Shown here: positions 1 through 11,129 of the stretch, one piece after another
Layout: each line of letters opens with the position of its first letter
How positions within the stretch are numbered: the stretch's first letter is position 1
Assembly (NCBI RefSeq): GCF_036321535.1
Contig: NC_087436.1
Span: forward strand, 122,204,001 to 122,268,000
DNA length: 64,000 bases
Reading direction: 5' to 3'
DNA from: Camelus dromedarius
Taxonomy: Eukaryota
Translations under genes and position numbers: made by a program
Notes under the pieces: generated by a model
The model's input: the letters and a program-made list of their open reading frames with translations, nothing else
Database searches by the model: none
Told to the model about the DNA's origin: nothing

Positions 1-1424
1 CCCTCCCTGGTCTCCTTGTATTGTTGCCTGCCCCACCCTAGGGACCCCCAGGAGGGACATGGCCTTGGATGGGCCAGAGTGGGCCTGCCCTGCCGAGGGG
101 CCCTTCGTGGGTGGTCAGTGTGTCCACTGCGAGGAGGAGGAGCTGTGGCGGGGCCAGGGGCTGTGAAGCAGTCTCCCCAGCGCCACCCTGAGGCGGCGTG
201 CTCACTCCCCCTCATCCCTCGGGTGTGGCACCTGCAGAGGGGCCAGCTGGGCTCTCTTCCCGACACCTTTGGGACAGAGGGACCTGCTTGCCTATGGCCG
301 CCTTTCCCATCTTGGCTTCCGATGCAGCTGTGCGTTCTCGGGGCACACGGCTTTCTCCTTGTCTGAGACCTTTCATCTTTCTGTCACAGCTTTGCCTTTG
401 CTTCTTCAACTCTTTGCTCCTGTTCATTTTGACTTTTGAGCCTATGTTCTTTTGGTGATTTCAGCACCTTTGTTCAGAAGTGTGTCCTGAGCGAAGGCCC
501 TGCTTGGGAGTGCAGGGCAGCGTCGCAGAAAGGAGACGGGAGGAGCGGCCTGGGCAGGGCCCCGGGCACGAGAGGAGGGTCAAAGCCCCGCCCTGGGGCC
601 CGGGCTGCCTGCTCTGCTCTGGTTTCTGCTCTGGTTTCTGCAGACCTTGAGCAGGCGACCTCTCGCTGGGTTTCTCCCGCCAGCTCTCCCTGCTGCTGCT
701 CCCTCCCCAACATGCGCAAGCCAGTGCCATCCAGGGCTCTTCATGGCTTTCTGCTGGGGTCCTGAGTCCGTGGTTTCTGTGGGGTAAAGTGGGAAAGAGG
801 GTCCGCAGCCCAGGCTGGCTCGCCATCCTGGCTGTACGTCCACGATGTCTTGTGTCCGGGAAGTCCGGTCCGCTCCCCGGTTCTGAGGGGTTGATAAGGA
901 AGCTGACGTGAGGCTCAGGGCTTTGGGGGACACTTCTTACTCAGGAATTCAGTGACCTGGCTGGTCATCTCTCCGCCACCGGCCCTCTGTTGTCTTCAGG
1001 AATTGCTTTTCATGACAAAACACATTAACCACATCGTGCCACTTAAGAAACCAAAGCAGGCGGGCGTGCAGTGCTGGGGCCATCTACACTGTGTAAACTT
1101 GAGCTGCTCTTCCTGAGATAATAGAAGAGGTAGGAAGGGCAGACGCGGGCCAAGCGCGAGCTGGTATCTGCCTGGAGCACCGTGGCTGAAACATGACACT
1201 GGGAGGCTTGAGGCACCTCATCCAGTCGCCCGAAGGGCCCCCACAGGCTGGAGTCGCAGGGCAGCCCCACCCCTGCCCACAGGCTCAGGTAGGAGGGCAG
1301 GTGCGCTGCTGACCCTGAGCTCCGCTGTAGCCCAGAGAGCTCACCCGGCCTCACAACAAGCTGTCAGCATGGGTGGCCTCCCTCCCTTCCGACATGGAAT
1401 CTCCACGCAGGGCCTTTGTAGTTA

Positions 1425-1520
1425 TCAGAACATATCAGAGCTGGAGAGAAGCCTTGAAGACTGTTGGCGCCAACACCTGAGCAAAGAGAAGGGAACTGAG
1501 GCTCAGAGCACAATGTGCGT
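1425..1520. mobile_element. MIR SINE fragment
   Basis: cagagctggagagaagccttgaag...gggaactgaggctcagag resembles the MIR core. Similar cores lie near 9890-9930, 16608-16630, 18622-18680 and 22207-22270. Confidence 0.6.
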
Positions 1521-4500
1521 GTCCAGGTTTGCGCAGAGCTGGACCAGCACCGGGCCCCCCGCGAGCGGCAGCTCCTCCTTGCCCCGGCCTCACGTCGGGG
1601 ACCTTACCCCACCTGCTTCCCCAGTCTGGACGGTGGTGGCCGCCTCAGGAGGACGCTTACTGTGCTCCTTTGCTCTTGGGCACAGGGACAGCAGGGCCGG
1701 TGCAGGGGTGTCTGTGGAACACGGGGTCGTCTGCTGACCACACCAGCTGCCCTCTGCCTCTGACCACCTTGCAATATACAGCAACCCGAGGGCACCTGTG
1801 ATCAGGCCTCCTCGCTCCGTGGGCACTGGCTCTCCAGGCCTCAGAAAGGGGCGGACCAGGTGCCCAGGGCCCAGGAGCGGCAACAGGATCAGCCAGGCAG
1901 TGAGGAGTGGCCCAGAGGGGCTGGAAGGGCAGCAGGGCCTGGACTTCCCGTGACAGGGCAGCAGGTAGAGAGGGCTCGGCCACTTCTAGGCCCTGCTCCC
2001 AGGGCAGGTGGGAGGCCTACAGCCCCTGGCCTGAGCAGGTTGATGGGAGGTGGGACTTCCAGGGGCAGGAAGACCACCACACTGGTCCAACAGGGAGGCT
2101 GAGTTAATAGGACCTCATCTTGACGGCACAGAGGGACTGCGGGGGCTGGGGTGGGCCAGGCTTAGAGACCGAGCCCCTGAGGAATGGTGGGGGGACAGCA
2201 AGAGCATGCTGACCCCTGCCCTGGCCATTCCTTTAAGATGCCCCCAGGGCAGAGGGGCCCCCCCACCGGCAGGAGGGCAGATGAAGATGGACAGCCCAGG
2301 GTCTGGCCGCCACCCTTCCCCACCCACAGTTCCCACCTCCTCTGGCCCTCCCAGGCTCCCTTAGCACAAGTCTTGTGGTCACGGGTGGTGGGTGCGTGGT
2401 TAGTGTGCAGAGAGCTAATACGCTTGGCCATGAAGGCAGGCAGCCCCATACAGCTTGGGACGGCGGGTTCAGGCTGTCCCTGCGTCACAGGCTGGGTGTC
2501 CGAGTCCCAGGCCCCAGGGGTCCACAGCCCCTAGACACCATTGTAGCTGGCATGGGGCCAGGGCAGCCACGCCGACGGGCCGGTGAGGGGTCCTTCCCAC
2601 GGGGGGCTGTCTGGCAGGGATACGTGCACTTCCAGACAACGGCGGTGGGGGAGGGCCAAGCACCTGCATGACGGCAGGGGCGTGGGCCTTACCACGTCCC
2701 CTCCAGGACTGTGGCCAGGCTGTGGAAGGCACAGGGAGGGAGCCCCAGGGCTGGGCCAGCAGGGATTGGGGCCGCACGCACCTGTGCTCTCAAGATGGGT
2801 CCTCATGGCGGCCTGCACCAGAGCTGGGGGCGCCCGGACGGGAGGCCATGGATGCACGGACCACAGGCCACAGGGCCACAAGGAGATGAGGTGAGGCTCT
2901 GCTGGAATGTCCCCACAGGAGCATGGTTCTCGGTGGCCTGTTATGTCAGCCAGTGTGGGACAGAGGGATGGCCGTTACCTCAGCAGTCCACTCGCTTCCT
3001 GGGAAACGAGGGTCTGACACCTGCGTTCACCTGCCCACCTCAGGGCGTCTCCGCTTCTCCTCCTTTCCTGTGCCCCAGTTTCCGCTTAGCAATATGGTCA
3101 TGTCGCCGTCAGCTGTGAGAGTGCAGTGTAAGTGACTACGAAGTCAGACCTATTCTTAGGTTGCTGCCACACCAGCAGCTCAGAATTTCACAATGTGATT
3201 TTGAGAAGTGTGAAGACTGTTTCTGCTAAATCTGGGAAAAGTTACAAGTGCCTGTCTGAGATTTCTGCCCATTTGAAAACGAAGTCCCCTCGGGAGGCAG
3301 AGACCCCACCAGAGGCCTTGAAGTTAACTTACGAAAGCGCGTGCCAGGCTGCCGGCCTAACTTCCCGGAGGCTGCACGTGCAATACAGGCCCCCCTCAGG
3401 GGGCTGCGGAGGGGAGGCCAGCAGCCTGCTCAGGGTCTGGAACTAGCCTGGCCTGTGGGTTAATTCCCATGAGGATGTGCCCGGCTGGTCACAGCAGCTC
3501 AGACTCCAAGAGGTGGGTGGGCTCTTTCCCCGTTGCGAGAGTCCAGAGACCCCAGTGGCTGACTTTGGTTCGAGGTTCAGGGCGGCAGGACTGAGGTCCT
3601 TCTGGCTCCCTGGCCGTTTCCTCCTGGTGCCGTGATGGAGGTGGCAATGCCAGCGATCAAAATGCCTCGCAGGCAAAAGGAGAAAGTGGTGGCGATGGAA
3701 AGGGTGGCTGACCCCCACCCCCACCAAGTCAGCCCTCTAAAGAGCCTTCCTGGAAGTTGGAGGGTATACGCCTCCGGTGGCTGGGAACGTAACCTCATCC
3801 ACCCCCTACCCAACCACAAAGAAAGAGGAAGAGTGGGTTGGGCAGCCCCCACACTTTGTGGCAAAGCCCTGCACATCTTTGGAGGGCGCCAGCACAATCC
3901 GCCTCCGCCCAGTGGGCTCCCCTCCCCTCCGCTGCCCTGCCGTGCGCCGCCCCTCCCTGCTAGCACCGTGCCTGCCGTGGACAGGCAGCAAGATGACAAG
4001 GACCAGACGTGGCCCCTGCCCTCAAAAGCTGGGTCCTGGAGACAGAGACCAGGTCACACAAAGAGCAGCGCACTCGGCGACCACCCCTTGAAGGATGCCT
4101 AGCAGCCTTCGCAGTGGGCTGCAGGCCCTCGAAATCGTCCTGCGGGTCACCTGCACCACCACCCCTCCCTGCTCTACAAGGCGAGCCCCCATCTTCCACC
4201 CCAAGGCGGGGCTGGGACCAGGGCTGGGGTCACAGCCCTAGCAGTTGTCATCTGCATGAAGCATGTAAGCCAACCGAGACCCCACCTTCTGAGAGCGGGG
4301 ACGTCTGGCCCCTGCTGGCCCGACCCTGATAAGCTGAGTTCTGTGTGGCCAACAGCAAGCTTCCAGAGCCGATCACTGGAGTGTCCCCTCCTCTACCCCT
4401 GCCCCAGGCGCACAGGTGCATCTGCCCACTTGAGCCTAAGCCCTCCCAGGGCCCCTTGCCCCTCAGCAGTGACTTTGTTGCCCCCATGCCTCCTTCCACT

Positions 4501-5478
4501 GCAGCGTCCACGCCCCCATCTCCCGCTTCCTCACCTGAGACAGGTTGGACAGACGCTCCTGCAAGGAGGGCCTGAGGGGGCTTAGAGAGGGGCCACCAAT
4601 GGAGGCTGGCCAGGGTGCCAAGCAGGGACTCGCCCAGCTGAGGAAGCCAGAATGAGCGCTGACCTCTCGGGCTTGTGGTGGAGTCCATGGGCCTCAGCCC
4701 GGGGCCAGGACTGGCTGGGGGGTAGGGTATCTCAGGGCAGGAAGCGGCCAGGAGGGCAGCTGCGGGGTGCCCAGGCTGTGGGCCAGGACCTGTGAGCAGG
4801 ACAAGCGCCCGCAGTGTGGTCTCGACTTTGTGGGACGAAGTCCAGTCCTGGCCGGGTGCCCACGTGCCCCCATGGTTGGACCTGTAGCGGGCTCTGGTAG
4901 GTGGGGTACTAAGGGCATTTTTCATTCTGCACTTTTGAAATTTGATGTACTTTCAAAATTTTATTAAGTATTTCTTTGACTTCAAAAGTAAACTTCTATG
5001 AGAGCACCGCCCCTTCCACCACCTTCCCCTAAGCCAATGTGCAAAGTGGGGGGTGCTCCCAGCGTTCCCCGTGGTCAGCCTGCTCCCAAGTCCCCATCAG
5101 GGCCCCCACCCCGTGGTGGGCTGAGGGGGGCTCTTTTTTCGGAAATGCTCAACCCCACCACATCGCCTGCAGGTTCCCCGGTCGGGATAGGCCCTCTGCC
5201 TCCAGTTGCCAGTCACTTGTAACCTGTGTTCTCCCCCTGGAGGCTGGCCTGGTGACGGTGGGTAACCCCAGCCAGCAGGCCCCAGGCCGGGTTCTCCGCC
5301 CCCTGCCGAGCCGCCACCTCCTGAGCACCTTGCACCAGGACCTCGGAGGCCAGGCCAGCCCCGACCCCCGCACTTGCCCCTGTGCCGTGGCCCTGTGATG
5401 CCCCTTGTTGGGACAGGGGCAGAGAGTGGAAGGCCCACACGCCAGGGTGGCTCCCTCCCCCCCCCACCTGTCTTCCAG

Positions 5479-5546
5479 GCTGGTTGCCCAGATTCACGAT
5501 GAGCTGCTCTTTGAAGTGGAGGATTCTCAGATTCCTGAGTTTGCAG
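5479..5546 (+). CDS. POLN: DNA polymerase nu, internal coding exon (family A polymerase motif C)
   Basis: ttccag acceptor and GCAG|gtgag donor; 68 nt encoding (R)[22 protein letters not shown], with the HDE catalytic motif C of family A polymerases. Confidence 0.96.
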
Positions 5547-7833
5547 GTGAGCCCTGAGTAGCCAGGGTTGCTTCTATTCCACAAATAGTTGAAGCATCTC
5601 TCTAGGGACACCTGGCTGGGCCCCCCACCTGGCTCATAGTCCCAGTCCCCCTCCCTGCCTCCTACCGTGTCGCCTGGGCAGGGGCTGCAGAAGGGCCAGC
5701 CTGGTTTGGGGGCCCTTGAAAGGCCTGGATGGCCACACCCTGGCCAGCAGCTCTCAGGAGCACCAGGTGTTCTACGGTGGGGCCCTGGAAAGACAGAGGC
5801 GGCATTGGGACCTGCCAGGCTAGCGGGAGCCAGGCTGTGGGACCAGCAGTGGGCTTAGTGCGGGGGCATTGGGGTGGCTGAGGCCCGCAGGCTCAGCACA
5901 GGCTCCAAGCCTGGGCCCCGCCCTGCCCTCTCTGACACATCACCACCGGCTGTCGGTTCTCTGAAGCCAGAGGCCACCTGCCCCCCAACTCAGTCCTCAG
6001 GGAGGGCCTGGACCTCTTCCCTAACACCCATCCCGTGGGCGGGAGGCCCTCTATCCTGCGTCTCTGGCAAGAGCAGGAGCTGGAAGGGCCCTGGCCCCGC
6101 TATGCCCTGGCAGGGTCTGTGGGGCGGCTTGGAGGTTGGAAGGAGTGCAGGGGTGGGCCAGCCTCCAGGTCAGCTCCCAAGTGATGCTGGCTGCGCCCTC
6201 CCTCAGCCCCACCACCCGCTTCCCTTCAGAGAACTGCCCAGTGAAATGGTGAGACCACTGTCCTCAGCCGTCCTACACTGAGGCTATGTCCTCTGAAATC
6301 TGTTTGGAAATAATAAGCCTGAAACAAGCCATTTGGTGTGAATGACGTGCTGGTTAAAAAAGAAAAGAAAAAGTCCCAGCCCTGGAGGGAGCACCCTAGG
6401 AACCATCTAACCCCCCCTTGTCCTGGGCGCCACCACGGGCAGGGAGGCGAGGCTCCCTGTGGCTCCCGGCGGGACACGGGGGCCTCCTGGCCGCCGGCCA
6501 GCACTCTGGAGGTACCACCAGCTCTGTGCCCGGAGAGCTCCGGGCCACGACGCCACCAGGGACAGTGACAGGTGACCCTGGTGTCAGGGGGCTGGCAGCC
6601 CCCTCTGAAATGTTGGGTGGTCAAGGCACACCTGCCAGTGGCCCATGGGGCAGACACCAGGCCCAGGGACCCTGCCCTCATGGTGGAGGCTAGCAACAGT
6701 AGGTGACCCACAGGGAGAGCCCTGGGCTAGGGGCCAGCTCTGCTCGACAGTCACTGCCCTCTGCACAGTGGTTACTTGGGGTCACTCATTCAGCCAGTCA
6801 CACAAAGGGACACACAGGAGGACCTGGCGTTGTCTGTACACCCAGTGTATCCCCAGCAGGGTGAGGGGCGCCAAGGTCCCGACTCCCCTGGGTGAGAAGC
6901 AATTGGACAGGGTGGCCGGGGCCCCTCCGCAGGGCTCCCTGAGAGCCCAGCAGGCCAAGAGCCCGGGGCGACACCGCCCACTGCCCACAGCCCGACCCAG
7001 GAGCCACAGCGACCGACCACGACCCCTGCCACCACCAGTGTCCATCTGCATCCGCAGAGAGCGCAGCAAGGCCTTCAGGCGGCTGCTGGCCCTGCCCTGG
7101 GAGCCCCAGGGAGCCAGCCAGTTACCCTGGGGCCATGGAGGACCGAGAACAAGGCAGCACCTGCCTGTTCCTTGGGAGTTTCCTTTGCCATCGTTGGGCT
7201 GAAATGTCAGATAACTTAGTAGGACAGAATGAACTACTCGCTTATCAAAGGGGCAGAGGGTTTGGAGCAAACCCTGCACCAGCCTACCCCTCCCTGCCAG
7301 GCTGCCCTCTTTCCCCGGGCCCTGTGGTGACCAAGCCCCGAGCCCCAACCTCCAGTGCCACAGAGTTGCTCTGACAACTTCACCGTCACATGAAACTTCA
7401 CAGGGACTTTGGTAGAGAGCACAGGCTGTCCTGCCCAGACCACCCTGGCCAGCCGGGGTTGCCCCGCACCCCCCACTCCTCCCAGCCCCAGAGCCTTCTG
7501 GACAAAGAGTGGAGGCCCTGGCTGGCACATGCCCTGCCTGCCTGGCCCGGCCCGGGGCAGCAGAGGAACATGTGGGTGTGGAGGCCCCCTCGTCCCTGGG
7601 ACCCACAGTTGGGGCTGGGTTAAGGCAACCTTCAAGCGTGAGTCTTGGACACGGCCAGTGGGAACTGGAATGGGCCAGGGGGCCTCGTGGGGAGTGCCAG
7701 GACAGCCAGCGCAGGGGAGGGTGACTGTGTGGAGTCAGGAAATAGGTGGGGAGCCCGGGGCCTGGGGGCCCTCCTGGCACCAGCCCCACCCAGGGAGGCT
7801 CAGGCTGCCGCCTCTCTCTTGCCTTTGTCCTAG

Positions 7834-7895
7834 CCCTGGTCAGGGGCACCATGGAGTCCCTGAAGCACGTGCCGGCGCTGGAGCTGCAGCTGCAG
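7834..7895 (+). CDS. POLN: DNA polymerase nu, penultimate coding exon
   Basis: Polypyrimidine tract with cctag acceptor and CAG|gtagg donor; 62 nt encoding (A)LVRGTMESLKHVPALELQLQ; phase fits both neighbouring exons. Confidence 0.94.
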
Positions 7896-9076
7896 GTAGG
7901 GGAGCGGGGAGGGGCGGGAGCTGGGCAGGTCACCCTCAACCCGGCCAGGCCGCCCCTAGCTGCGCACTCACAGCCAGAGGGAGGGGAGGGGAGAGGAGCC
8001 CTGCTCCCCAGGGGCAGAAGAGCCAGGCAGGGGCCACAGCCCCCCCCCCCCCCGCCTGCAGCACCTTGGCCCCCAGACTGCTGCCCTCCCCCATCTGCCC
8101 TGCAGAGGAGCCAGGTTACCCCCTGACAAGCTGTGGCCCGTCAGCCTGAGAGAAGCCACAGGCTCAGGGGGCTGGCCTGGGGAGGCGCCCATCAGACCTC
8201 CAAGCTGGCTGCCCCCCTGCCCGACTCCTGTCTGGTTACTCTCAGAGGGGCTCCGGGTCCTCACCAGGAAGACTTTTGGGTCTAGGCTCCCCAGGTGGTA
8301 GAGAATGTGGAGGGATTACAAGGAGGCCCTTAAAGCCAGGGCAGGTTCAGGGACTCTGCCCTGTCATTCAGGATGCACCTTGAAGCCACTGGAAGGGCGG
8401 CAGGGAAGAGTGGCCATTGTCCCACGGTGGCCTCCGTTCCTCAGGGGAACAGGCCGTGTAACTGCACCCTGTGGCCCTGTGTCCTGGAGTAGTCTGTGCT
8501 TGCTCCTGCAGCAGGTGGAGACGGGAAGGCCCCAGGCCCCTGGAAGCCCGGGAGCCCCCACCTCCCCCACTAGCAGCCGTGTGGGTGGCAGGGGCCCAGC
8601 TGTGGGTGCCCCCCACCCTCCTGTTGAGAGGGGGCTGTTGAGACTTGATGGTCAAGGGCTTACTCAGGATCAGGTCCCTGGGGGGCTCTCCAGGCCCCTC
8701 TGGCACCTCTTGGATTGGCACCAGGCAATCCCCCAGGGAGCACAGGCTGCCCCGGGACACCCCCCCCCCCCACTGAGCACCTGCTAGGCCCAGCCCTTCA
8801 GGCCTGCTTGCTGCACAGGGGCCATGACAAGGAGTAGAGACAGCCAAGGTCAAGGCGTCACGACCGGGCGGGTGTCCTGTGAGCCTGTCGGCCGGTTATT
8901 GTGAGTCTGAGTGTGCATTCGTCTGTGGCAGAGCTGCTGTGGCTAGGTCTGACCAGGTGTCTTTGGACAAGTGGCTGCCTATGCACTGTGGGCCCTCAGC
9001 CACCTGCGCAGGGCCTGGGAGGTGGCCGGCAAGGGCTGGCCCAGGCCTGGCGCTCACCTCTGGCTGCCACCCGCAG

Positions 9077-9229
9077 GTGCCCCTGAAGGTGAGCCTGAGA
9101 GCCGGCCGCTCGTGGGGACACCTGACACCCCTGCAGGAGGCCCCAGGCCCTCGGCCCCACCAACGTCCTGCCGAGTCTCCAAGCAACCACTCAGCCACCC
9201 CCGGGCCCCTCGTCAGCGCCAACCCCTAG
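9077..9229 (+). CDS. POLN: DNA polymerase nu, last coding exon up to the first in-frame stop
   Basis: ccgcag acceptor; encodes VPLKVSLRAGRSWGHLTPLQEAPGPRPHQRPAESPSNHSATPGPLVSANP then TAG (9227-9229). VPLKV..G.SWG is the typical family A polymerase C-terminal motif. Confidence 0.93.
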   Translation: MPLKVSLRAGRSWGHLTPLQEAPGPRPHQRPAESPSNHSATPGPLVSANP

Positions 9230-9450
9230 TGTGCGCATTTCTCGCCTTCATTTTGTCTGTAGCCCCAGGCAACAGCAGCGAAGAGAACTGGTTTCCACCA
9301 GCCCGTTGTGTGGCCTTCCCCAAGGTCAGTCAGGCACTTGGTACCGGCAGGCCCACGTTCCCCCTCGGGCGAGGGCGGCTGGGGCACTCCGAGTAAACGC
9401 CTCCTGGGAAGCCATCCTCATCCCTGGCCGAGTGAATTCTTCCGGTGGGC

Positions 9451-9456
9451 GATAAA
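9451..9456 (+). terminator. POLN: Candidate variant poly(A) signal (GATAAA) for POLN
   Basis: PAS-like hexamer about 220 nt after the stop; I saw no canonical AATAAA nearby. Confidence 0.35.
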
Positions 9457-11123
9457 TGCCGTGTCCATAGTCCTCGGCCCCTCGGCCACAGCCAGGGTGG
9501 GCACCCCAAGTGGGAGAAGCCTAGCCCGGGCCCGGGGCGGACAGCCTCAGCCCCTCTCCTGTGGAGCTGGGGGCGGCGTTGGGTTTCTCCAGGCCGACAG
9601 TTGCTCACCACCTGGCCGGTGACCCAGGAGCGGCCAGCGGCCTGGAGCCCCTGAGGGCCAGCGGGCCTGTGCACAGGTCCTCACCTGGCCAGGCCGGGGC
9701 CTCTGGAGTCACACGTGCCCAGGTCCTGCAGTCTTTCCAGGAGCCTCGTGCAGGCTGGTTACCAGCCCTTGCAAGCAGGCTGGCTCCCCTCAAGTCTGTT
9801 CTCAAAACCGTCCACACAGACCCTCCAGTGTTGAGGGAGGGCCCAGCCTGTGTGCCTCGAGCTTTGCAGCAGTCTGTGACAGAGGCCGGTACGATCCCCC
9901 GTACACCATGGGGAAACTGAGGCACGGGGAGTTACATCACTGTACAAGTGCACACGGCCAATCAGTGCGCCAGCGAGGTTGCTGCTGCGCCCTCACCCCG
10001 CACCACTGCCCTGCCATCCCGTCTCGGCCCTGAGAGCCCATTCCCAGACCAGCCTCTCCCACCATGGCCTTGCCTGGGTCTGGGCCCCACATGCCCCCAC
10101 TAAATGTGGCGTCCCGGCAGCCCGGAAAGGGCAGGCATGAGCCGGCGCCCAGACGCAGCTCCAGGGGCGGGCAGGGCTCCCTCCCGCATACACTGACACC
10201 GCTCTTATCTCAGTGGGGACTGGCCTCCACACGCCCACCTCCTTTGCAGAGCCCACGGGACACAGGGTGATGTGGGTCATCACAGTTCAGCATGCCTAGG
10301 CCCATTTTTCTCATGGCCTCAAGACCTTGTCACTGGTTTCAGGGGTGTGCAGGGTCTAGATGGCCAGGACTGACCACCGTGTGGTGGAACATTCCAGAAC
10401 TGCCACTGCCTCGGTTGTGTCCGTGTACCTGCGTGGCAGTCTCTTTGCATGCTCTGTCACCTCAGAAGCAAGACCACTGCTGGGCTTCACACGAAACATC
10501 TCACTCAAATGACTGTTCGTCCTTGGGAGCTGATGCCCCCCACGTGGGTGGGCGCGCAGTGTTGGCACCTGCAGGCCTGATGCTGTTTCTCCTTAGCCAT
10601 CCCCGGGGAGGGGAGGGGCTTGACCCTCGTGGCTGAGAAGGGCAGAACCTGCTGAATGTTCCCTCCCACAAGGGGAGCCAGGCCAGGGCCAGAGAGTGTG
10701 GGCAGAGGAAGCCCGACGTGGAGAGCTGTCTGTGGTGGGCTGGCTCAGGACCCCTGGACAAGGCTAGGTGTGTGTGTCCACCCTGAACCTCAGTGCCCCC
10801 GACCCACCTCCACGTCCCGCTCCCTAGCCTGAACCCCCAACCCCACATCACCCTCCCTCCCCTACAGACACTGGGGCCCACTGCTTCTCCCAGGTGGGCC
10901 TAATACTGGCCACCTGTGTCCCACACCTGCTCCAAGGAGGTGTCAGACAGGTGGACAGACACCCAAGCCTGCGGTAGAGCCCCCTGCCAGGGCTGCCAGC
11001 ACAGGGCAGGGCCCCTCCTCCCCGGGAGGAGGAGCCCAGCGTGTCCAGGAGAGCAGCCCTTCCTGGCCCAGAACCGAGGGGACCCCTCAAGAAAGCACGG
11101 AGCCCAGTTCCATCAACTCTGAT

Positions 11124-11129
11124 TTTATT
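11124..11129 (-). terminator. NAT8L: Poly(A) signal AATAAA of NAT8L
   Basis: TTTATT on the + strand in an otherwise GC-rich region, 4.3 kb downstream of the NAT8L stop; fits the long NAT8L mRNA. Confidence 0.75.

Noticed and set aside
613..641. Short 12-bp tandem repeat (tctgctctggtt) and long C/G homopolymers (near 8040, 8759, 24590, 47087)
   Set aside because: Ordinary slippage products in non-coding DNA with no sign of function.
1..5478. Preceding POLN exon (GSAADLCKLAM-type)
   Set aside because: Not found in the window; it probably lies upstream, so this stretch is treated as intron.
6782..7939. 385-aa ORF on the - strand, and the many other 100-300 aa Pro/Gly/Arg/Ala-rich ORFs in the track
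   Set aside because: It has a non-ATG start, low-complexity composition expected from GC-rich DNA and no recognisable domain, and it lies antisense within POLN. The track assumes prokaryotic start codons and no splicing.
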